Shown: positions 25,055 to 33,244 of the stretch, piece after piece
Numbering within the stretch: the first letter of the stretch is position 1
How the letters are laid out: each line of letters opens with the position of its first letter
Source: an uncultured Methanosarcinales archaeon
GTDB lineage: Archaea; Nanobdellota; Nanobdellia; Woesearchaeales; CAYSVS01
DNA length: 64,000 nt
Direction: 5' to 3'
Assembly (NCBI GenBank): GCA_964589485.1
Contig: CAZPRK010000001.1
Location: forward strand, 48,369-112,368
Position numbers and translations under genes: made by a program
The notes under the pieces: generated by a model
Databases searched by the model: none
What the model saw: only the letters and a program-made list of their open reading frames with translations
Told to the model about the DNA's origin: nothing

Positions 25055-26129
25055 ACTTTACTTTTGAAATAACATAATCTAACTCTTTTTTAGTATTATA
25101 TTTACTTAAACTAAACCTTATACTACTCAATGCTTCTTTTCTAGACTTACCTATTGCTGTTAAAACTTTACTTGGTTCAATTTTTTTACTTGTACATGCA
25201 CTACCAGAACTAACTGCAATACCAAAATGATCTAAATGCATTAACAAACTTTCTGCTTCACACCCAATAAATGAAATATTAATATTATTATATAACCTAT
25301 CCAAAGGACCATTTAATTTAGTGTTTGGTATTTTTAATAATTCATTTAATAAATACTTATTTAGCTTTAAAATTTGATCTTTTTGTTGATCCAACGTAAC
25401 AGCAAGAGAAAACCCAAAAATCCCTTGAACATTTTCAGTTCCTGGACGTAACCCTTGCTCTTGATCACCTCCTGACATTAAAGGTTTAAGTTTTATTCCA
25501 TTTCGAATATATAATCCTGCAACACCTTTAGGACCATGAATTTTATGACTTGAAAAACTCAATAAATCAATATTATTTTTATTTACATTAATATCTAATT
25601 TACAAAAACTTTGAACTGCATCTACATGAAATAAAATTTTATTTTCATGACAAATTTTTCCAATTTTTTCAATATCTTGTATAGTCCCTATTTCATTATT
25701 TGCATGAATAATTGAAATTAAAGAAGTATTTTTATCTATTAATTCAAGTAGATGTTTAATATCAACATATCCTTCCTTATCTACTTTAACATATTTTATT
25801 TTTTTTCCAGAATTAATACATGAATTTAAAATAGAAGGATGTTCAATACGAGTTGTAATTATATTTTCTCCATCACTTCCAAAAATAGCTAGGTTATTTG
25901 ACTCTGTGCCAGAGGAAGTAAATATAATTTCTTTACTTTGAGCATTAATTTTTTTTGCAATTATTTCTCTAGATTGTTCTAAAACTTTTCTTGCATCTAG
26001 TCCAAAACTATGTATACTTGAAGCATTACCATATAATTGAAAAGAATTTAATTTTTTTTGTACACTTTTATCAATTTGCGTAGTAGCTGCATTATCTAAA
26101 TATATTTTCATTCGAAACACACCTTGCAA
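25029..26129 (-). CDS. iscS: Cysteine desulfurase (IscS/NifS, class V aminotransferase)
   Basis: SFSSHKIHGPKGVAGLYIR PLP-lysine motif; SSGSACTS active-site Cys loop. Confidence 0.85.
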   Translation of the reverse strand: MQGVFRMKIYLDNAATTQIDKSVQKKLNSFQLYGNASSIHSFGLDARKVLEQSREIIAKKINAQSKEIIFTSSGTESNNLAIFGSDGENIITTRIEHPSILNSCINSGKKIKYVKVDKEGYVDIKHLLELIDKNTSLISIIHANNEIGTIQDIEKIGKICHENKILFHVDAVQSFCKLDINVNKNNIDLLSFSSHKIHGPKGVAGLYIRNGIKLKPLMSGGDQEQGLRPGTENVQGIFGFSLAVTLDQQKDQILKLNKYLLNELLKIPNTKLNGPLDRLYNNINISFIGCEAESLLMHLDHFGIAVSSGSACTSKKIEPSKVLTAIGKSRKEALSSIRFSLSKYNTKKELDYVISKVKYVVEKLRL

Positions 26130-26464
26130 TCATCTTTAATTTCCTCAACTTTTTGATGATAACAACATATTTTTCTTTCAGATTTTATATAATCACATAC
26201 TTGTTGAATTTCTTTCATTATTGAAGAATTTTCTTTAACAATTCGTTTAGCTGCATCTTCAATTTTAGATTTAACATCACTATCTAAAACTATAGCATTT
26301 GCACGTTTTGCTTTTACATATTGATTTACTGCAGCTCTTGAAATTCCTAATTTTTCAGCAATTTTAACTTGACTTAAACCTAAATCTAACATTTTCTTAC
26401 TTAATTCTGATCTAACTGCAGGTAAAATATACCAAACTTCAATTTCTTGTGGCATTAATGTCAT
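26108..26464 (-). CDS. HTH DNA-binding protein with C-terminal Cys cluster (probable regulator of the sulfur-relay operon)
   Basis: MLDLGLSQVKIAEKLGISRAAVNQYV helix-turn-helix; C-terminal CDY..CCYH..CKVC. Confidence 0.5.
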   Translation of the reverse strand: MTLMPQEIEVWYILPAVRSELSKKMLDLGLSQVKIAEKLGISRAAVNQYVKAKRANAIVLDSDVKSKIEDAAKRIVKENSSIMKEIQQVCDYIKSERKICCYHQKVEEIKDDCKVCFE

Positions 26465-26547
26465 TTTAAATATATATTTTGCAGAGTTATTTAAATATTA
26501 TGGGATATATCACAAAATTTAAATAAAAAACAATTTAAATATATTAT

Positions 26548-27396
26548 ATGGTTTTAGAATCATTAACTAATCCTTTTAAGGTAAAGGAAAAACCTTGGCA
26601 TTTATTCTATTATGGTTTTATAATTAGCACAATTGCATTATTTTTTTCAGTATGGATTTTCGAAAAAGAAGCTAGTTTAATCATGGTTTTTTTAACAGTT
26701 TTTGCATGTATTCCTTTTGTAATTAAAGTAATCAAAAACGAAGAAATAAAAACAATTACTATTGAAAAGGAAAGTACTATATTGAAAGAACATTGTAAGG
26801 CATTAATTGGACTCACTATTTTATTTTTAGGAATAACAATTTCATTTTCAATTTGGTATACTCTTTTACCTAAAGAAATGGTAAATAATATTTTTGCAGT
26901 TCAAATTGAAACAATAGCTAGTATAAATTCTAATTTATCCGGAAATTTTTTTAGTAATTCTAGTTTCGGAATAATTTTTATGAATAATATCAAAGTTTTA
27001 AGTTTTTGTATATTATTTTCATTTCTCTATGGAGCAGGTGCAATTTTTATTTTAACTTGGAATGCTTCTGTTATCGGTACAGCTATTGGAAGTTTTGCAA
27101 GGGATTTATTAGTAAACACTTCTACATCATTAGGATTTAATTCTATTGCGAATTATTTCAGTGCCCTTTCGTTAGGTTTATTAAGATATTTATTACATGG
27201 AATTCCAGAAATTTTTGCTTATTTCGTAGGTGGGCTCGCAGGTGGAATAATATCATATGCAATTATTAATCATAATTTTCAAACAAAAAAATTCGAAAAA
27301 GTATTATTAGATTCATCGGAATTAATAATAGCTTCAATACTATTATTAGTTTTTGCAGGATTAGTTGAAGTTTATATTACACCCGCTTTATTCTAA
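26548..27396 (+). CDS. Polytopic membrane protein, SpoIIM/DUF95-like
   Basis: Multiple TM segments; family assignment from general resemblance only. Confidence 0.4.
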   Translation: MVLESLTNPFKVKEKPWHLFYYGFIISTIALFFSVWIFEKEASLIMVFLTVFACIPFVIKVIKNEEIKTITIEKESTILKEHCKALIGLTILFLGITISFSIWYTLLPKEMVNNIFAVQIETIASINSNLSGNFFSNSSFGIIFMNNIKVLSFCILFSFLYGAGAIFILTWNASVIGTAIGSFARDLLVNTSTSLGFNSIANYFSALSLGLLRYLLHGIPEIFAYFVGGLAGGIISYAIINHNFQTKKFEKVLLDSSELIIASILLLVFAGLVEVYITPALF

Positions 27397-27981
27397 AATT
27401 TTTATTTTACCTGGAGATATTTCGAAAATTTCTCCATTTTCTAATAATTTATTTATTAATTTTTCTTCAATTCCTTGAGAAATAAGTTCTTCAATTTTTG
27501 CCCCATCACCAGAATCTTTTTCTTTTATTATTTTAATTACATCGTCGTAATTATTTACAACAACTACATCTTCCACTATTACTTCTTCATGTATTTTTTC
27601 ATAATCTAATTTACTTAATTCTTTTTGTCTTACTTTTAACCACTCAGAATTAATTTTTTTAATTATTTCTATAGCAAAATATTTTTCTTGTTCAAATTCT
27701 CTTGGTCTTCCTATAACTTGTACAATATCCCCTACTTCAAACTCAGAGAAATTTATTACTACATCGAAACTTCTAGTTGCAATAGAAGCACTTCCATCAT
27801 CAATAACTAAATTATCTTCATTTTTAGTTACAATTGTTCCCATAACATTAGCTCTTGAAATTTTTACATTATTATCTGTTAAAATATAATTCGGTTCCCA
27901 CCCTTCTTGTTTAATATACTTACCCAAATTTAAATCTTTAATACTAACTTTTATTGCAACTTGCCTTTTTTTATCTTCCAT
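27388..27981 (-). CDS. RPA32-like OB-fold protein with C-terminal winged-helix-like tail
   Basis: OB-fold-like core (ANVMGTIV...DDGSASIA...VGDIVQVIGRP); immediately downstream of mcm with a 2-nt gap. Confidence 0.45.
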   Translation of the reverse strand: MEDKKRQVAIKVSIKDLNLGKYIKQEGWEPNYILTDNNVKISRANVMGTIVTKNEDNLVIDDGSASIATRSFDVVINFSEFEVGDIVQVIGRPREFEQEKYFAIEIIKKINSEWLKVRQKELSKLDYEKIHEEVIVEDVVVVNNYDDVIKIIKEKDSGDGAKIEELISQGIEEKLINKLLENGEIFEISPGKIKILE

Positions 27982-27983
27982 AA

Positions 27984-30900
27984 TTATAACCTCTGTATTA
28001 AACCTCTTCTTGGTTCAAAAATATCACCACCTCTTTTTAGCTTGTCTACAATTTCTTCTACTTCATTTTCATTTAATCCCTTTTCTTTTGCAGAATTAAC
28101 AATTTCTTCAAGCGGAATAGCTTTTCCATATTGATTTTCTAATTCATTAAGAATTTCTTTTATAATTGAAATTTTATTTCTTGCACTAGATGTAATCCCT
28201 GAAGTAATTCTATCAATATCTATTTTACCAGTATCTGGATCTAATCCAACTTCAGTTAAACAAAAATTCAATAAATCAATTGATTTTTTTGTATCTTCTT
28301 TTAAAACTTCATCGCCTAACCTTAATTTACAAGCAGCTTCAGCCAACCTTATAATTGCTTCAAGCTGTCTTGTTGTAATAGGAACAGCTTTAACTCCTGC
28401 TTCTTCTGAAGAAGAACTATTTCTCATTTGAACATAATATTTTTGAATATCTTCAATTGCTTCATCGGATAATGTAGGAGAAACAAATCTTCTAGCATAT
28501 GCTATATATTTTCTTAATATATCAGTACTTATTTCTGTTTCATCAACATCTGGCGTTTTATGTGATTCTAAAATAAAAGAAGCCATTTTTGCATCTTTTT
28601 TTTCATCTGGAAGATCTTTAATTGGAAATATTAAATCAAATCTTGAAATTAAAGCAGGAGGTAAATTAATTTGTTTTCCTATTATGTCATAAGGGTCAAA
28701 CCTTCCAAATTTCGGATTAGCTGCAGCTAATACTGTTGTTTCACATCTTAATGTTGCTTGTATATTTGCTTTAGAAATTGTAATAGTTTGTCCTTCAAGT
28801 GCTTCATGCATTGCACTTCTATCTTCAGGTGACATTTTATCTAATTCATCTATACATACTAATCCTTTATTAGCTAAAACTAAAGCTCCTGCTTCCAAAC
28901 TCCATCCTCCCAAAAATTCATCCTTAACTACAGCTGCAGTTAATCCTGCACCTGATGCACCCTTTCCACTAACAAATCTTGCTTTAGTTGATATTTTTGA
29001 AGCTCGTTTAAGTAACTGAGAATTGTGTACAACAACTCCATTTGCAATATAATTATGGGTTGATTCTATTTCTAAGTCATAAACAAAATCATCACATAAT
29101 TCTTCTTTAATACTTAAAATTTCATCCCAAAAAACATCAGCATGGGATATTTGATTTAATTTTTTAACATCATTTAAATCTATATTTGATAAATATTGAG
29201 ATATTTTTTTTGTAATACTTACACTAGGTAATCTATTATTTTGTTCATAATGAGCATATGAACTTCTTATAATACCCATTTCCGATTGTTTAAGCTTTAA
29301 ATCAATTCTTATTTTTTTTAATAAATCATTTATATTAGGTATCAAATCTATATTAGTATTATATAATTTTGTATTTTGTATTAATAAATTAATTTCATTT
29401 TTTTTCCTTTTAGACAAAAACCCAATTTTATTGATAAAAGGTTTAACAAATTCTCCACCAATAATAATTTCATAACTTTTTACTTTTCTTTTATTAACTG
29501 TATTTGTAGCAAATTTAATTTTTTCTTTAAATAAACTTATTACACCAAACCTAAGTAAACATAACTGGATATTTTCTGCTAAATTTTTACTAATAGATGA
29601 AAATTCAATTTGTCTCTTTTTTACATTAATATTAGCATCACACTCAAACAAAGCAGAAATAAAATTACTTAATATTTCATCAGAAGATTTCAAGATTAAA
29701 TTAGGTATACTTTTATTTAAAGATCCTTCCATAAGTTCTTTAAAATTTAAATTTAAATAATCTACTAAATTTTTAGATAAAGTATAAATTTCTTTAGTTT
29801 TATTTAATCCATCTCTTTCAGTAACGTTTACATCAAATAAAGATTTTATTAACTTTGAAAAATCATTTAAAACGCAATTATCTTCATTAGTTAAACTAAC
29901 CCATGCGCTAGTTTTTGAATATGCAACATATCCATCTCCACATAAATAGCCTAATAATCTAGATAAATCCAATGATACAAATTCAGGATATTTTAATTTC
30001 TTAGAATTTTTTGCATATTTTGGAATAAAATTACTAATAGTTTGAATTTCATTTTTAATTTTTACACTTCTAGGTGCAGCTATCCGTTCTCCAACCTTAA
30101 AACTTTGAGCATCCTTTGCAATAATTAAACCATTATGTACTTGAAATAAAGGATGGTTTTTAGTGAGTTTTAAAGTTACACCTCTTCTTGTTTTTATCAC
30201 TAATAGTTTTTCATTAATTTTTCTCTTCCAAACTCTAACTCCTTTTCCATTTTTAATTTTACCATCAAAAAATAAACTAGGAAGAGTTAAACTTTCTATT
30301 TCAACATTATCATTAATAATATTATATTCATCAACTAAATCTTTTATTCTTTTTATTTCTCCATTTGATAATAGAATTTTTGTATCTCCATGTAAACATT
30401 TTCCCGCACCAGGGTCCCCTATTAATAATATATGTATATCTCCTCTTGTTGAAGCTCCATCGGTTCTAATTTTTTTTACTCCCCCAATTAAAGAATATAA
30501 TATAGCTTCTTTTATTTTATCATATCCATAAATACTAGGTGCACAAGCTTCAACCATTTTTAAATATATTTTAGGATCTTTCGCCAAAGTTTTTATTGCA
30601 TCAATATCTTCTTTACTAATTTGTATCTCACTATAATCTTCTTCCACAGGATCTATATGATTTGCTTCAATAATTAAATCAAATCTTGTACTTTGTCCAC
30701 CAGATCTCATTATAATTGGAACTTCTTTCACAAACCCAGTAACTTTAATTTTAGTTCCAGGGTTAGTTCTTTTATCAGAAATTGGACTTACTAAATCTTC
30801 TTTAAGTAAAAGATTCATTCTTTTAGGTTGTTCTCCTCCTTCTAAATCATCTGTATTTTCTTCTAAAACAATTCCTTGCGCATCAATTAATTCTTTATTT

Positions 30901-31382
30901 AGTAATCTAAATTTCCCTTTCCTACCACATCCACATTTACTTGGTTCCTTAAATTTTTGATCTAATTGTAAAACATTCAATACATTACCACAAACAGGAC
31001 ATTCAAACTTAGCAGAAGTAACTTGTGGACGTACATCTGATTTTTGCCTAACTACTCCATCAAGAGAAATAAACTTACCAATATGAGCGCTCCTTATTTC
31101 TCTAATTAAAATATCTTGACTATCTGGTAAATTCTTAAAACGAATTCTAAAATTAACAGTTTCTTGAGGTGTATCAAACTGTTCAACTGCTATTTCAGCA
31201 GCTTTAATAGACTCTTCTGGAGTTTCAAGTAACTCGTTAGCTATTTCTATATCAAATTTAGATAAATCTAAAAAATCAATTACAAAGTAATTATTTCCCT
31301 TTCTAATTGATTCCATTAAATCAGTATTACAATTAGTTTCCAAATACTCTTGAAACTTCTTAATCTGCTCTGCAGCGTCCAT
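27984..31382 (-). CDS. mcm: MCM replicative helicase containing a 459-aa intein
   Basis: N-terminal zinc finger CPVCG..CGCG; Walker A GDPGAGK|...|SQLLK split by the intein; Walker B and arginine finger region (DELDKM, SRFDLIF); extein about 673 aa. Confidence 0.95.
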   Translation of the reverse strand: MDAAEQIKKFQEYLETNCNTDLMESIRKGNNYFVIDFLDLSKFDIEIANELLETPEESIKAAEIAVEQFDTPQETVNFRIRFKNLPDSQDILIREIRSAHIGKFISLDGVVRQKSDVRPQVTSAKFECPVCGNVLNVLQLDQKFKEPSKCGCGRKGKFRLLNKELIDAQGIVLEENTDDLEGGEQPKRMNLLLKEDLVSPISDKRTNPGTKIKVTGFVKEVPIIMRSGGQSTRFDLIIEANHIDPVEEDYSEIQISKEDIDAIKTLAKDPKIYLKMVEACAPSIYGYDKIKEAILYSLIGGVKKIRTDGASTRGDIHILLIGDPGAGKCLHGDTKILLSNGEIKRIKDLVDEYNIINDNVEIESLTLPSLFFDGKIKNGKGVRVWKRKINEKLLVIKTRRGVTLKLTKNHPLFQVHNGLIIAKDAQSFKVGERIAAPRSVKIKNEIQTISNFIPKYAKNSKKLKYPEFVSLDLSRLLGYLCGDGYVAYSKTSAWVSLTNEDNCVLNDFSKLIKSLFDVNVTERDGLNKTKEIYTLSKNLVDYLNLNFKELMEGSLNKSIPNLILKSSDEILSNFISALFECDANINVKKRQIEFSSISKNLAENIQLCLLRFGVISLFKEKIKFATNTVNKRKVKSYEIIIGGEFVKPFINKIGFLSKRKKNEINLLIQNTKLYNTNIDLIPNINDLLKKIRIDLKLKQSEMGIIRSSYAHYEQNNRLPSVSITKKISQYLSNIDLNDVKKLNQISHADVFWDEILSIKEELCDDFVYDLEIESTHNYIANGVVVHNSQLLKRASKISTKARFVSGKGASGAGLTAAVVKDEFLGGWSLEAGALVLANKGLVCIDELDKMSPEDRSAMHEALEGQTITISKANIQATLRCETTVLAAANPKFGRFDPYDIIGKQINLPPALISRFDLIFPIKDLPDEKKDAKMASFILESHKTPDVDETEISTDILRKYIAYARRFVSPTLSDEAIEDIQKYYVQMRNSSSSEEAGVKAVPITTRQLEAIIRLAEAACKLRLGDEVLKEDTKKSIDLLNFCLTEVGLDPDTGKIDIDRITSGITSSARNKISIIKEILNELENQYGKAIPLEEIVNSAKEKGLNENEVEEIVDKLKRGGDIFEPRRGLIQRL
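29022..30398 (-). mobile_element. Intein with LAGLIDADG homing endonuclease, inserted in the MCM P-loop between Lys and Ser
   Basis: Starts CLHGDTKILL just after GDPGAGK; ends VVHN followed by +1 Ser (SQLLK); LAGLIDADG-like blocks LLGYLCGDGYV and FISALFECDANI. Confidence 0.85.
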
Positions 31383-31395
31383 TTTCTAAATAAAG

Positions 31396-31989
31396 TTACT
31401 TAACTTTTTTTAAATTAGCCACAAGCATATCTAAAGCTTTATGTACTGCGTCTACACTTTTAGTTCCAGTACAAACAACTTTTCCATTACTAAATAATAA
31501 AAATGTTGCTTTTGCTTCATTCAATTTATAGACTAAACCCGGAAATTGTTCTGGTTCATATTCAGTATTAGGTAACTTCATTGCTAAAGTGTTTAAATTT
31601 AAATCCATACCAACACTTCCACTTGCTACCATATTTTGAATTTTTACTTCAGGTTCAATTTTAATATCGACATTTATTTTTTTTAAACTTTTAATTATTT
31701 TTTTTATCGATTCATGAACTTTTTCCATTGATCTTGCCCCAGTACAAACAACTTTTCCTGAACTGAAAATCAAAGCACTTGTTTTTGGTTCTTTTATTCT
31801 AATTACTAATCCTGGAAACTGTTCAGGGTTATATTCCGTATTACTTAAAGTTGCAGCCATTTTTTCCAATGGAATATCATGTTCCAAAGAAGTACTTACA
31901 ACAATATTTACAATTTCCATACTTGTTTTTTCTTCTTTTTTAGCCATTTTAAATTTACCCCCAAATTCCTTTATAAGCTTTATAAACAC
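31396..31989 (-). CDS. tbp: TATA-box binding protein (TBP); probable true start at ATG 31945..31947 (MAKKEEK)
   Basis: Two TBP repeats (NIVVSTSL..PGLVIRIKEPKTSALIFSSGKVVCTGA and NMVASGSV..PGLVYKLNEAKATFLLFSNGKVVCTGT). The listed ORF starts at GTG. The internal ATG is preceded by GGGGG and TATA-like motifs. Confidence 0.9.
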   Translation of the reverse strand: MFIKLIKEFGGKFKMAKKEEKTSMEIVNIVVSTSLEHDIPLEKMAATLSNTEYNPEQFPGLVIRIKEPKTSALIFSSGKVVCTGARSMEKVHESIKKIIKSLKKINVDIKIEPEVKIQNMVASGSVGMDLNLNTLAMKLPNTEYEPEQFPGLVYKLNEAKATFLLFSNGKVVCTGTKSVDAVHKALDMLVANLKKVK

Positions 31990-32000
31990 ATTTATAAAAG
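31968..32000 (-). promoter_or_regulatory. Candidate TATA/BRE promoter for the tbp-mcm operon
   Basis: Minus strand reads CTTTTATAAATGTGTTTATAAAGCTTATAAAGG, 20-50 nt upstream of ATG 31947, followed by a GGGGG SD-like motif. Confidence 0.4.
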
Positions 32001-32067
32001 ACAGTTAGTATTTAAATACTTTCATTTTTAAATGGTTTTTTCAGATAATATATATTCTTGTTCCTAT

Positions 32068-32089
32068 AACCCCTTTGTTTCTTATGGAG
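32068..32089 (-). promoter_or_regulatory. ORB-like (origin recognition box) candidate
   Basis: Plus strand AACCCCTTTGTTTCTTATGGAG resembles the reverse complement of ORB cores (ACCCCTTTCGTTTCCACTGGAG). Confidence 0.3.
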
Positions 32090-32189
32090 AAAAGAAGAAA
32101 TATGGCTTAATTTACTAAATTAAGCCCAAATTAAGTTCCATTTCATTATAAAGTTTAAAATAAGATTTGTTTTCAATATAGAAATTAAA

Positions 32190-33116
32190 TTAAAGAAAGT
32201 AAATTAAATTACTTATTTTTTTAATTTCATTTAAACCAATATTTTTTTTAAATTCAATTTCTCCATATTTATGCACTATTATTTCAGAATTATTATAATT
32301 TATAATTAAAACAATATTAGCATCTAATTTTATTTTAAATTTTTTCCTTAATTCTTTAAAATTTAAACTAGTTTTCTTTAATGGTTTTGTTTTATATGTA
32401 TTTTTAGATAAGCATTTTTCAATTTTATAATTTTCATCACTTATAATTTCACTATGATTACATTTTTTTTCTTTTTTAACCTTAATTTCCGTTATCCCAT
32501 TATTCCATATATTAATGTGAATTAAATTTTGAGAATATTCTTTATTATTCAAAAATTTTAATGCTTGGGTTATTTGAACAGAAGAAACTATTGCTATTAA
32601 AGAGTTTAAAACACCTTCATTGTCACAATTTTTATTTATATTACTTTTATATACACAATCAAAACAAATATTCGAATCAACAAAAAGAACATTTCCAATA
32701 ACCCCTGTTGCAGCTGCATGAATCCAAGAAATATTAGTTTTTTTTGAATATCTATTTATTACTCTTCTAGTTTCGAAATTATCAGTACAATCTAAAATTA
32801 AATCTGACTTAAGTATTTTTGAATTATTATCATCTAAATGTGTTGCATGTGATTTAATAGTTATATTAGAATTTATTTTTTTTAACTTTTTAATAGCCAC
32901 TTTAGCCTTTAATTCATTAATATCTTTTTCATCATAAAGAATTTGTCTTTGTAAATTATCTAACTGTACTATATCTTGATCAATTAATATTAAATTTACA
33001 CCAGCTCTTGCAAGTAAACTAGAAGCAAAAGTCCCTAATGCTCCAACTCCAACAATTGTAACTGTTTTTTTTTGTGAAGTTTTACCTAATATTGATTCTT
33101 GTCTTACATATCTCAT
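32190..33116 (-). CDS. ubaA: E1-like ubiquitin-activating enzyme homolog (UbaA/ThiF/MoeB family) with about 100-aa C-terminal extension
   Basis: IVGVGALGTFASSLLARAGV Rossmann motif, NLQRQ, CFDC CxxC. Confidence 0.75.
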   Translation of the reverse strand: MRYVRQESILGKTSQKKTVTIVGVGALGTFASSLLARAGVNLILIDQDIVQLDNLQRQILYDEKDINELKAKVAIKKLKKINSNITIKSHATHLDDNNSKILKSDLILDCTDNFETRRVINRYSKKTNISWIHAAATGVIGNVLFVDSNICFDCVYKSNINKNCDNEGVLNSLIAIVSSVQITQALKFLNNKEYSQNLIHINIWNNGITEIKVKKEKKCNHSEIISDENYKIEKCLSKNTYKTKPLKKTSLNFKELRKKFKIKLDANIVLIINYNNSEIIVHKYGEIEFKKNIGLNEIKKISNLIYFL

Positions 33117-33210
33117 TTAAATGCCTAATTGATAAGTATTTTTAAAAGTAACCATTCCAAATCAACATAATTGAATAGATAAATTTGTATTTAGAAAACT
33201 ATTTAAACCT

Positions 33211-33240
33211 CCGCTTCTGATGGAAATTCTCGTAGGGGGT
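33211..33240 (+). promoter_or_regulatory. ORB-like element abutting the cdc6 start (also carries the GGGGG SD)
   Basis: CCGCTTCTGATGGAAATTCTCGTAGGGGGT resembles the euryarchaeal ORB pattern (TTCCAGTGGAAAT...GGGGG) recalled from memory. It lies 4 nt upstream of the cdc6 ATG. Confidence 0.35.
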
Positions 33241-33244
33241 AAAG

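Noticed and set aside
31987-31989. GTG start of TBP as listed in the ORF track (MFIKLIKEF...)
   Set aside because: Those codons overlap the TATA-like motifs. The internal ATG at 31945..31947 with an upstream GGGGG gives a normal-length TBP. Gene retained but start revised.
33140-33165. AACCATTCCAAATCAAC as a mini-ORB
   Set aside because: Only a partial TTCCA half-site, no GGAAA partner; too weak to call.
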